Below are positions 38,471 to 47,800 of a stretch of 64,000 nucleotides of DNA, piece by piece. The stretch lies in UHGV virus genome UHGV-1962423. The stretch is one strand, 5' to 3'. The notes under the pieces were generated by a model. That model saw nothing but the letters and a program-made list of their open reading frames with translations, was not told the origin of the DNA and searched no databases. How positions within the stretch are numbered: the stretch's first letter is position 1; each line of letters begins with the position of its first letter. A program made the position numbers and the translations under genes. This DNA comes from a virus.

Positions 38471-38788
38471 ATGTGGTTAAGTGCTATTCATCGCGATTTA
38501 CCGAAAACGGCAGTGAGTTTTGCTAAGAAAACTCCTGTTCCTAACGTTGGTGTTGCTAAATTTGAACGAGTGGAAGAGGGGCAATTCGTTGTAACGGATC
38601 ATAAAGAAAACGAATTTATGTTGTATCATCCAGAAGTGGATACCTCTGAAATTTGTGAGGGTGTTTTTTTATTGTCCTGGCAAGACCCTGAAACTAAAGA
38701 GTGGAAGTGGTGCACCGCTAAACCATTAAAAGAAATCGAAAACGGTTATGGGATTGGAGAAATTTATGTCGAACCAGAACCACACTAA
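38471..38788 (+). CDS. hypothetical protein (105 aa)
   Basis: Track start TTG 38456; ATG 38471 with GAGGA 8 nt upstream. Confidence 0.6.
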   Translation: MWLSAIHRDLPKTAVSFAKKTPVPNVGVAKFERVEEGQFVVTDHKENEFMLYHPEVDTSEICEGVFLLSWQDPETKEWKWCTAKPLKEIENGYGIGEIYVEPEPH

Positions 38789-38833
38789 TTTCGATATAAC
38801 ATCAGCATTGCGTTGTTAACGGTCTAAAAAATT

Positions 38834-38866
38834 TAAGATATATTTCATCTATGTGAGAATTCTCAC
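38834..38866 (+). promoter_or_regulatory. variant promoter-like box AAGATATATTTCATCTATGTGAGA plus palindrome gtgagaattctcac
   Basis: Degenerate copy of the conserved box; perfect 14-bp palindrome 38853-38866; upstream of ATG 38890. Confidence 0.45.
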
Positions 38867-38889
38867 TTAACTAAATGGAGTAATCTAAA

Positions 38890-39159
38890 ATGGCTAAGAT
38901 TTACATTGTTGAAAAACGTTCAGGTAATGTTCTTTCTTATCACGAAGAAGGCAAACCCGAAAGAGTTAAAACGCTCAAGCTTGAAGGTTTTGATGTGAAA
39001 AGCCTGCGTAAAGGCGTGAAGATTACTTTCAAAGGTTTGATTCGTGCAAGTAACTTACACATCATTAAAACGGACGGAACGATGGTTGCATTAGCACCGG
39101 CTACCGCTGCGAAAACGACAGCCGGTCGGGGTTGCTACGGCAGCAGTCGTAAGATTTAA
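38890..39159 (+). CDS. hypothetical small protein (89 aa)
   Basis: GGAG RBS; terminator downstream. Confidence 0.65.
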   Translation: MAKIYIVEKRSGNVLSYHEEGKPERVKTLKLEGFDVKSLRKGVKITFKGLIRASNLHIIKTDGTMVALAPATAAKTTAGRGCYGSSRKI

Positions 39160-39164
39160 GCAGT

Positions 39165-39205
39165 GCCCCTCTCTCCTAGCGGAGAGAGGGTACTTTTATT
39201 TTTCT
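39165..39205 (+). terminator. rho-independent terminator
   Basis: cccctctctcc-tagc-ggagagaggg followed by tacttttatttttc; stem sequence almost identical to the terminator at 38378. Confidence 0.8.
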
Positions 39206-39217
39206 TCGAGGTGTGTG

Positions 39218-39706
39218 ATGACAACGGTATTAGTAACAAAGGATTACATTTTAGCTGATCGTTTAGTGGAATATAGTGGAACAGTTAAAGAATTGCCCAA
39301 ACTACACAAACACAAAAACAAGTTTGTTTTCTACACGGGGGAACGTGTACTGGACACCGAGTTTTGGAAAATGTCGATGACCGTTACTATAGAAAAATAT
39401 TTAGACGAGGATAAACGCAAGAAAGTTGAGCCGTTGCTTGTGGAACTTTTCGAAAAAGAGCAATTGTTTGATCAAATCGTCATTTTTACGGTCAGAGAAA
39501 CCTATTGGCTAGGATTAGTATCAGATAAGTTTAAAACGTTTGTAATAAATAAAAATGCGGTCTGGACGACGGGATCTGGTGGCGGCTTTGCGCGGGCAGC
39601 TTGGGCAACAGGAATATCAGAAAAGAAAATTATGCCATTGGTAGGATCAATTGATACAGCATCATCACAAACGTACGACTTGTTTTACAGGAAGCATTTA
39701 CGATGA
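39218..39706 (+). CDS. hypothetical protein (162 aa)
   Basis: ATG 39218 (track start is the adjacent GTG 39215). Confidence 0.65.
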   Translation: MTTVLVTKDYILADRLVEYSGTVKELPKLHKHKNKFVFYTGERVLDTEFWKMSMTVTIEKYLDEDKRKKVEPLLVELFEKEQLFDQIVIFTVRETYWLGLVSDKFKTFVINKNAVWTTGSGGGFARAAWATGISEKKIMPLVGSIDTASSQTYDLFYRKHLR

Positions 39707-40224
39707 AAATAAATGCGGTTTTAATTGGCGATGAAATATTCGTTAATACAAAAACACAATATATGTGTTACGAAGGTATTACTGTAATAGACGATTATTA
39801 CGGTAAATACGGTTGGTGGGTTCCGTCTCCTAATTCTTTACGATTAGAAGAGGCATTAACTGCCGAAGAGAACAAACTGGATGACGAATGGACTTATATC
39901 AGCTCCGTAATTGACGTCAGTGGACGAATTAAAGACGTCTTCTGGGCTAAAGATATAGGGTGGCGTGTTACACTACACCAACCAACCCCGGTAAGATTGC
40001 TCTACGACCACGCCGATACTTCAGAGTTAGCGTTTACCATTGAGACGCTCTCGGTACGTAAAGATTTAGATAACGTAGGTAAAGGGAAGTGGTCTATTGA
40101 ACGCGTAGAGGAAATTCTTAGTCACTTTAAAGCCAACAACAAATTTAAACGTTGGTGCACGTTACCTGAATTAGTAGAGGAGTTGAAAAAGCGGGATTGC
40201 AAGCCGCTACCTTTTAATCCGTAA
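39703..40224 (+). CDS. hypothetical protein (173 aa)
   Basis: ATGA coupling with upstream gene. Confidence 0.7.
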   Translation: MKINAVLIGDEIFVNTKTQYMCYEGITVIDDYYGKYGWWVPSPNSLRLEEALTAEENKLDDEWTYISSVIDVSGRIKDVFWAKDIGWRVTLHQPTPVRLLYDHADTSELAFTIETLSVRKDLDNVGKGKWSIERVEEILSHFKANNKFKRWCTLPELVEELKKRDCKPLPFNP

Positions 40225-40268
40225 CTTTTTACGAATGTAGCTATTTTAATGATTAGGAGAATATAGAG

Positions 40269-40664
40269 ATGACAGCAATACTAGGTGTAATGACAAGAAA
40301 AGCCGATGCCATTGAAACGTTTATTGAACAATACAACAACTCACCGTATACGCGTTTTAGATTGCATAAACCGAAGAATAGTACAGAATGGGTTCGTTGG
40401 TTTAGGATTTGGGATAAAACAATAAGTAAAATTGATCCGTTATTTAGAATAACGGTTGAACCTGCTTATTGGATAGTAATGGAAATTTCGCTATTGCGTA
40501 TTATCGAAAAACGTCCTATTGACACAAAGACGATGTTTGGGAATGATACGTATAAAATGTTGACTAACGGTTTTGTAGGTAATGGAGAACACACTTTGTA
40601 TCAGGCGATGCTGGAAATGTGTTTGTTCGATTTAGTTACATACGAATTGGAGATTTCAAAATGA
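40269..40664 (+). CDS. hypothetical protein (131 aa)
   Basis: AGGAG RBS before ATG 40269. Confidence 0.7.
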   Translation: MTAILGVMTRKADAIETFIEQYNNSPYTRFRLHKPKNSTEWVRWFRIWDKTISKIDPLFRITVEPAYWIVMEISLLRIIEKRPIDTKTMFGNDTYKMLTNGFVGNGEHTLYQAMLEMCLFDLVTYELEISK

Positions 40665-41125
40665 ATTGCTTCGAATCTAAAGAAATTGTTGAGTTGTTTA
40701 AACAGCGTGAGAAAACCTCTTTCCGTGACTTGTACGATTCTGATTATCGTCCACTATTTGCGGTATTGTTGAAACTGGATAAAGAACCCGAAATCGCGTT
40801 AGCAGAAGTCCAACACCATCATGTCAGTTTCGTGTTAACTGAAAACAAGGAACGTTGGGTAGATGACATACTGAACCGTATCGCGCTTTTGGAAACGCCA
40901 CATCGCTGGGAAGTGGTTATTCAGAAATCGTTGTTCCCGCGTGAAGACATTTTCAACAACTATCGTCCGAAACAATATTACAACCACGATGGGTCGCCAA
41001 AACGTGCTTTCCTGGCACCCCAGCATTTCGTAACCTACGTAACGTTGCGTTACAAAGACACCGTGGTGCCGTTTGACACCTATTTGGAAATGCGTGAGAT
41101 AATTTTAGGGAAGAATCCGATATGA
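40661..41125 (+). CDS. hypothetical protein (154 aa)
   Basis: Track start GTG 40619; ATG 40661 has GGAG 8 nt upstream and ATGA overlap with upstream stop. Confidence 0.65.
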   Translation: MNCFESKEIVELFKQREKTSFRDLYDSDYRPLFAVLLKLDKEPEIALAEVQHHHVSFVLTENKERWVDDILNRIALLETPHRWEVVIQKSLFPREDIFNNYRPKQYYNHDGSPKRAFLAPQHFVTYVTLRYKDTVVPFDTYLEMREIILGKNPI

Positions 41126-41604
41126 TTCAATTTTGTGTTGACGCAGAAAGATTGGCGTCATTTAAAGAGCGTGCTCAGTTTGCAGTTAAAAACGGTTACA
41201 TTGAGAAAGGTGTTCGTGATACTTGTAAACTAATCAACGACCATCCGCACCTGGCGACAATGTGGAGCTGTGAAGGCCACGGTATGTATTCTAAGTCGCC
41301 TGGAATTCTGCACATTGTTTTTGCAACAGATGCTATTGGAAGCCAGCTTCCAATGCAGATTACGTCTGAACTTGCAAAATGCGATCTGCCCAATTTCTGG
41401 AATCTTAGTTTGCGTCGCCTTTTTTTACCTGACGAATTTTCGGATTTGGTATATCTTGAACCCGATTACGGGTTAAACACAGACGACACTTCCTACTGGG
41501 CTTGGAGAGTCGGATACATGCGCTTGATTAATCGTCCTGCGTTAGTTGAAGCACGACAAGCTCTTTATAAAGCATTTCACACAGTATTAGTTGAGAATAA
41601 ATAA
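41122..41604 (+). CDS. hypothetical protein (160 aa)
   Basis: ATGA coupling. Confidence 0.7.
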   Translation: MIQFCVDAERLASFKERAQFAVKNGYIEKGVRDTCKLINDHPHLATMWSCEGHGMYSKSPGILHIVFATDAIGSQLPMQITSELAKCDLPNFWNLSLRRLFLPDEFSDLVYLEPDYGLNTDDTSYWAWRVGYMRLINRPALVEARQALYKAFHTVLVENK

Positions 41605-42296
41605 TGGCTACCAAGCAAAAGAAACCTCGTAACAAAAAGTATAACCCGAAAGCAGCTGCTAACCGTACAGCACACGCCATTGCTGAAAATGCGCTAAACC
41701 GCATTACTTTCGTCGGTAGCTCTATTCGCCCCATCGGCCCGTATGCAGGACGCGGTTTCCAGTTTACAACGTCGCCGCGTATGCGCATGGCAGCCACCGA
41801 TATGTTAATCGGTGGTTTGTTTGATGAACCGCGTAATTGGAAGCTATGGGTTGCGCATTTGTACGAGATGGATAATGGCGTACAAGCAGAAACCATCGTT
41901 GCAACACTTGACGATTATACGTTGGGTGATTTCTGTCAACATGGTGATAAAATCATTAAGTCGCTACGTGAGACAGAAGAAAATTACTTCGGTTATGCTT
42001 TTGTTGCTGCACCTAACGAACGTTATGATTTCGACCAGGGAGAAGAGCGCTTACTGGAAAACTTCATGCATTCTGGACTGTTAGACAAATCCTTACACTT
42101 ACCTGAAGAAGAACTGGTGGTTACGCGTAAGGATATGGTAACGTTGCTACTAGCCGATCGTGGTCGTTTTGATATTACTGAACCCCATGTACGTAAAGTA
42201 CAGAAACTCGTGGATAAAGTAGACGAAACTGACCTGGACACTAACGAAGTCGCAACACGACTTCAGTCTGTGGTAAACCAGATTGAGGATTACTAA
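41604..42296 (+). CDS. hypothetical protein (230 aa)
   Basis: Start at stop of upstream gene; basic N-terminus KQKKPRNKKYNPK. Confidence 0.7.
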   Translation: MATKQKKPRNKKYNPKAAANRTAHAIAENALNRITFVGSSIRPIGPYAGRGFQFTTSPRMRMAATDMLIGGLFDEPRNWKLWVAHLYEMDNGVQAETIVATLDDYTLGDFCQHGDKIIKSLRETEENYFGYAFVAAPNERYDFDQGEERLLENFMHSGLLDKSLHLPEEELVVTRKDMVTLLLADRGRFDITEPHVRKVQKLVDKVDETDLDTNEVATRLQSVVNQIEDY

Positions 42297-42298
42297 AC

Positions 42299-42829
42299 GT
42301 GATAGCGAGACTTATGAGTTGGTTTAAGCAATGTCGGGCAAAGGCGGTCGAATGGCCGCCTATTACGCACGATGAAAAGGTGGTTGCTTTTCTGAATTAT
42401 AACAAAGACTTGAAGAGATTAGGCGAGTTAATGCGCTTAACGGAATGTCAGGTTTTTGCTAAGATTTCAAGTAGTGCTTTACGTAAACAGGTAATTCCCT
42501 ACCTATCCTTTTCAGGGCAGGTTTATGCAATAACAGCAGAAGAATTTTTATCGATGGTGGGCAATGAAACCCCACGTATACGGTACTCGGTTGCGGGTTC
42601 ATCTGATGCGGTCGGTACAGTTGATTTCGGACGGTTGTATCAGAGCATTAAAAGTGTGGGGCATATACATGTTAAGCGATTATCAGAAACTTCTGTAGTG
42701 ATTTATCATCGCACTGAGCACGATTTGTTAGGGTGTGTTATAAGGCTAACAAATTTACATAGTTTTTACGTTGATTTACTTACAGAGTTTTATCCAGAAT
42801 CATGGTGCTATATAGATGAAAATAAATGA
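42299..42829 (+). CDS. hypothetical protein (176 aa), probable GTG start
   Basis: GTG 42299 with GAGGA 10 nt upstream; alternative ATG at 42314. Confidence 0.6.
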   Translation: MIARLMSWFKQCRAKAVEWPPITHDEKVVAFLNYNKDLKRLGELMRLTECQVFAKISSSALRKQVIPYLSFSGQVYAITAEEFLSMVGNETPRIRYSVAGSSDAVGTVDFGRLYQSIKSVGHIHVKRLSETSVVIYHRTEHDLLGCVIRLTNLHSFYVDLLTEFYPESWCYIDENK

Positions 42830-43028
42830 CGGATATATCATCTCAGCAATTGTTTCAACTGCGTTGATTGTAGCGATGTTGATGTTCTACGTTAAGACGT
42901 TCGACGAATCACGTAGAGAGTCCCTTTATCGTGAATGTATGTCAGGTACTACTGTAGATAACCCACGTTACGCTGAATTAGTAATGGCGTGTACGGAATA
43001 CGCTAAACGAATGGGAGGCGGACGATGA
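42816..43028 (+). CDS. small membrane protein (70 aa)
   Basis: TM segment IISAIVSTALIVAMLMFYV; Cys-containing C-terminal part similar to the next gene. Confidence 0.6.
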   Translation: MKINDGYIISAIVSTALIVAMLMFYVKTFDESRRESLYRECMSGTTVDNPRYAELVMACTEYAKRMGGGR

Positions 43029-43222
43029 AAATTTGGTTGCCGATTGTAGTTTTTATCCTTATCGCAGGGGCACTAGCGAACGCCGAGTACGAGAGTCGTG
43101 TTTTAGAAACGAAACGCATGTTGTATCTGAATTGTATAAAGGATTATACACCAGGCACAGAGCTTCATGCACAGGCTGTAAAAAGCTGTGCATTGATGGC
43201 TGAATCACAGACTCGCTCCTAA
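43025..43222 (+). CDS. small membrane/secreted protein (65 aa)
   Basis: MKIWLPIVVFILIAGALANA signal/TM segment; ATGA coupling; weak similarity to upstream small membrane protein. Confidence 0.6.
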   Translation: MKIWLPIVVFILIAGALANAEYESRVLETKRMLYLNCIKDYTPGTELHAQAVKSCALMAESQTRS

Positions 43223-43596
43223 TGCGTATCTGGACGCTACAACTTGCTAAGTGGCGGTTAGCTAAGCAGAAAGGATTTCACGCAGTGGATATTACTGTGA
43301 AGTCAGGGCGAAAGGAACTCGCCCCCGACTGGGATTTCCTAATGGCGTATAAAGTTTCTGCCCAGGACGCTACCGCTGAACGTGAGTACACGATAAAGTA
43401 TTTGTACAAACTCGAACAACTGTTAGATACTGATGCCGAAGTTTTAGTGTCGTTACTCAGGCACGATGACTTGGTTTTGATGTGTTATTGTCCCGCAGGT
43501 AAGTTTTGTCATCGTTACTTACTGGCGAACAAACTTCAAGAAGTAGGAATGATATTCGGTATCGACGTTGAGTTATGTGGAGAATTAACCGAATGA
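43222..43596 (+). CDS. hypothetical protein with CYCP...C.HR motif (124 aa)
   Basis: LVLMCYCPAGKFCHRYLL cysteine/histidine cluster; family not identified. Confidence 0.65.
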   Translation: MRIWTLQLAKWRLAKQKGFHAVDITVKSGRKELAPDWDFLMAYKVSAQDATAEREYTIKYLYKLEQLLDTDAEVLVSLLRHDDLVLMCYCPAGKFCHRYLLANKLQEVGMIFGIDVELCGELTE

Positions 43597-44030
43597 AAGT
43601 AAAAGCAGCAGTAGAAGTTATTCCCAAAAAAGAAATCGTAGTGTGTTCCGGTTTAGTATTCGAGCTGCCGCGCACTGAATGTTATAATAGCACCAATCCT
43701 GAAACGATAATTAGACGCCTTTCAAGACATTGCCTAAACTACTGTCAAGTTGTTACACCGACAAAGGATGGCGATATAGTCCAAGAACATTTGATTATTA
43801 ATGAACTCGTGGGCGGTGTCCTTAACGGAATGGAGCTTGAAGAAGTGAATGGTTCGTTAAAGCTTTATGCCAACTTTCGTCCATGTGGACCACTGGGCAA
43901 TAAAGTAAATGAATTTATTCAGTCACACGGGTATGTAAAGCTTAAACCACGTTTACACTATATCGATTCTAAAGTAGCTATGATTTCAGCTATCGATATT
44001 GACCTATCAAAACCTTCTGAAAATCACTAA
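43593..44030 (+). CDS. hypothetical protein (145 aa)
   Basis: ATG 43593 with GGAGA RBS and ATGA overlap; track start 43575 is an upstream in-frame ATG. Confidence 0.65.
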   Translation: MKVKAAVEVIPKKEIVVCSGLVFELPRTECYNSTNPETIIRRLSRHCLNYCQVVTPTKDGDIVQEHLIINELVGGVLNGMELEEVNGSLKLYANFRPCGPLGNKVNEFIQSHGYVKLKPRLHYIDSKVAMISAIDIDLSKPSENH

Positions 44031-44060
44031 CCGTCCTTGATTTTCAGCTACAGATTAGTT

Positions 44061-44108
44061 TCCTACCGCCCGATTCTATGGGCGGTAGGTGTTTTATTTT
44101 TTTTTTTG
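44061..44108 (+). terminator. rho-independent terminator
   Basis: cctaccgccc-gattctat-gggcggtagg followed by tgttttatttttttttttt. Confidence 0.8.
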
Positions 44109-44123
44109 ATCTTGGAGGGTTAA

Positions 44124-44687
44124 GTGGCCACATCTTACGTACCTGATTTGAGTCTGACCTCAGCAGAGCTAGTGGTCGCTTTAATCAATCATGATAACGG
44201 GTTACAGCTTACGCTAAACGAAATCCGTATTAGCGGAACCGTAACAAACCCATCACCAACAACTTCGCGTCGTAACACCATCACCGAAATCAGTAAAATC
44301 AGAAAACCGGATGGTGCGTCTGTTGTGGTCTACTACGACAGACTTGACGCCGATGAGGTATTAACGTCTGAACCTATTTTGATTTCGTTAGACGGTACCG
44401 AAGCGAATATCCGTGACGTTCTGAGTGTTGTAAATGAACACTGCGGTACGAACTTACAGCCTGAAGACTTACGCGTTTCTGATATTACTTCAGGTAACGA
44501 TCCTATTGCCGTTAACGTTGCCGACGATTCACCTGCGTGGATGAATGCGTTTATGGTGACGTTATTTGATAAAACTGAGCGTGCGTTAGCGAACGAAGAA
44601 GATGAAATCTTCTGCATCGGTGACGATAGCGTTCTTACCTTTGAGGTTCCAGATGACGACTCAGCTGAAGAAAACCCGACTACATGA
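44124..44687 (+). CDS. small protein paired with downstream tail fibre, module A (187 aa)
   Basis: GTG start with GGAGGG RBS; clear paralog of 50418..50930 (PDLSLTS...V.L.NHD..LQL...NE, shared C-terminal CGIGDDSV.LTF); both sit directly upstream of a receptor-binding gene. Confidence 0.7.
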   Translation: MATSYVPDLSLTSAELVVALINHDNGLQLTLNEIRISGTVTNPSPTTSRRNTITEISKIRKPDGASVVVYYDRLDADEVLTSEPILISLDGTEANIRDVLSVVNEHCGTNLQPEDLRVSDITSGNDPIAVNVADDSPAWMNAFMVTLFDKTERALANEEDEIFCIGDDSVLTFEVPDDDSAEENPTT

Positions 44688-44892
44688 ACTTGATGATTTT
44701 TACCGGTAATGGAGGACAAAGCAAACTTTTATCAAGACTTAGCAAACCAAAATCATGAAAACGCGAAATTGAACATCGCTTTCACGTTAGAAGATGATGT
44801 ATTAAAACCAGGGCAATAGTAACCCGCTTATAAAAAATTGGGGGGTAAACTACTCTCCTGATCTTTTAGCTCCCGATAGAGAATTAAATATC

Positions 44893-47800
44893 ATGGCTAA
44901 AGCGGTAAAGAAAATTCGTTTACACGATTTACGTCCATACACCGGTGATATCGGTGAAGGCGTTTTACTTTTCTCCAAGGATGAGAAAGATTATAAGTTA
45001 CCAGTCCGTGAGGTTATTGCAGATATTGACACCGTACGTAATGCGGTGGCTGATGCACAAACAGCAGCAGCACAATCACAAGAAGCTGCAACTCAGGCTA
45101 CGCAAGCAAAAGTTTTAGCAGAAGCAGCAAAACAACAAACTGACACAGTTGCGGCAACGGTTGCACAACAAGCGCAAACCGTAACCGAAAAAGCAACAGA
45201 AGTCAGTACAAAACATACCGAAGTGTTAGCCGCGAAAACGGCGGTAGACGCTCAGGCTGTGTCCATTAATGAGAAAGCACAAGCGGTAGCGACAAGTGAG
45301 GCAAACGTCACACAAGCAGAAACTACCGTTACGAAGAAAGCAGAAACTGTTGCCACACAAGCCGGGCGGGTCGAACAGTCACTTACGGCAGTTAACGAAG
45401 CTGTTGCGTCGGTAGAGTCGTCGAAAGCTGCCGTAGAAGCTAAAGCAACACAAGTTACTTCAGACAAAGAAACCGCAGAGAATGCGGCAACTCGTTCTGA
45501 GGCAGCCGCTAAGCGTGCGGAAGAAATCGTTGCTCAAGGTACTGTTGATGCAACAACGACCAGTAAAGGTGTCGTTAAACTTAATAATACCTTAACCAGT
45601 GACTCTGTTACTGAAGCGGCTACACCGTCAACGGTTAAGCAGTTAAATGATGAATTGCAGTTAAAAGCAAACCGTCACAACCCAACTTTTACCGGTGTGG
45701 TAAAAGCACCGACTCCTGCTTCGGATTCTAACGACACGAGCGTCTCAACGACTGCATGGGTACGGCAAGCGATTGCTGAATTAGTGGACTCTTCACCCGA
45801 GACGTTAGATACGTTATCAGAAATTGCAGCCGCGTTAGGAAACGATCCTAACTTTGCGACAACGATAACGAACCAACTAGCGGGTAAACAGCCGTTAAGT
45901 CCGTTACTGACAGCGATTGCCGCAGTCACCACCGCTGCAAACAAACTCCCTTACTTTACCGGTAGTAATCAGGTAGGGTTAGCGGATTTCACCTCGACTG
46001 CTCGCGAATTATTAGCGAAAGGGTCGACGGCCGATATCATCAGCTTCCTGGGGTTGAAAACCACCGTTGATAAAGCTGCGGGCGCTATGCAACGTAGTTC
46101 TAACGGTGCCGATATTCCCGATAAAGCCACCTTCGCGAAGAACATCGGGTTGTCAGCAGAGACGTACCTGAAGTTTAATGGGGAGATGCCAGTAGATGCA
46201 GACATCAACACCTTCGGCCCGGTTGAAGCGTTTATGGGCGTTTGGTCTAAAGCCACGTCTACGAACGCAACAGTTGCAAAGAATTTTCCAGAAGAAAACG
46301 CAGTTGGTTGTTTAGAAGTTTTCAAAGCGGGTAACTACAGCGGAAGTCAACGTTTTACTGTACGTAACGGTAACATCTATACACGTCATCTTACTGCTGC
46401 ATGGAATGGGACAAACGGTCCTTGGTCAGAATGGCGTAATGTTGCTGGTTCCGCCAGAACGTTGAACGAACAAAATAATCTGAATGACTTGGGTGGTGAG
46501 GCCGCACTAGGTGTTTGGAGAAACAGTTCGAGTACATTAGCAACAACCGCGCTGAATTATCCTGAAGAAGGCTCTTTTGCCCAGGGCGTATTAGAAGTTC
46601 TCAAAGGTGGCAACTATAGTTACACACAACGCTACACTACCCGCAGAGGCAATGTATACGTTCGTTGTCTACAAGCCACGTGGGACGCTTCAAACCCGCA
46701 ATGGGAAGAATGGCGCTGTGTTGGTCATCAATCTGTCAGCACATATTTCGAAGGCGATCTCGACACGTTAACTTCGCCTAACCGTTATAGCATTACTGAT
46801 AAAGCGACAAACGTTCCTTTAATCGACGGTACTAAAATTATCGGTATCTTGGACGTCAGTCGTCGTTTTGATAACATTAGTGTCGAACAAAAATTCACCT
46901 CGTTTGGTTCTGGGAGCAAAACTACAGGGCGTATTTTCACACGTGTATTCTCCGGTCAATCAAACGGTAAATGGAGTGAGTGGCGAGAGGTTTTCACCTC
47001 GTATTCACTTCCGTTAGTTTTAGGTATCGGTGGGGTTGCAGCTAAGGTTGACCCGTTAGACTGGCAAACCTACGACTTCGTTCCTGGACAGATGTTAACG
47101 ACGCCGTTGAACACCATGAAAAACATTCCTGCAGGAATGGATTGGGGTACTATTGACGGTAACTTAGTTAACATCCTTGTAGGGCCGTCTGACGACACCG
47201 GTACTGGTCGGAGTATGCTGGTTTGGCGTAGCACAGTGTCTGTTGCTAACTATCGCTTCTTTGCGGTACGTATCGCTGGTGAGAAGGGTAGTCGTACGAT
47301 TACGCCGCGTCAGATGCCTGTGTTGAACGCAGCGCACACCTGGTCAGAGAAACAAACGTTCTCTAAAGGTTTAGCGGGTGAATTAACCGGTAATGCTTCT
47401 TCAGCAACGAAACTTCAAACAGCCCGTTTAATCGGCGGCGTAAGTTTCGACGGCACCAAGGACATTGCACTCCCTGGCGTTAACGCACAAGGTACGCAGA
47501 ACACCACTGGGAATGCGGCTACCGCAACCAAATTACAAACGGCTAGAAATATCAACGGTGTGAAATTCGATGGCTCTGGAGACATCAATATCAACACCTT
47601 AGTAGGTCGTGGACGTGTCACTGCTCTGGCTGGATCAAACAAAGGTACACCTGGTATCCAGATGTACGAGGTTTACAATAACGGTTATCCGACCGCGTAT
47701 GGTAATTTACTGCATTTAGGTGGTGCTACTGCCGTAGGTGAAGGTGAACTACTGATCGGTTGGTCTGGTACCAGTGGCGCACACGCACCTGTTTATATCC

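Noticed and set aside
44709-44819. 36-codon ORF between the module A small gene and the fibre gene
   Set aside because: No Shine-Dalgarno upstream (the GGAGG lies after the ATG) and no conservation signal; probably non-coding leader of the fibre gene.
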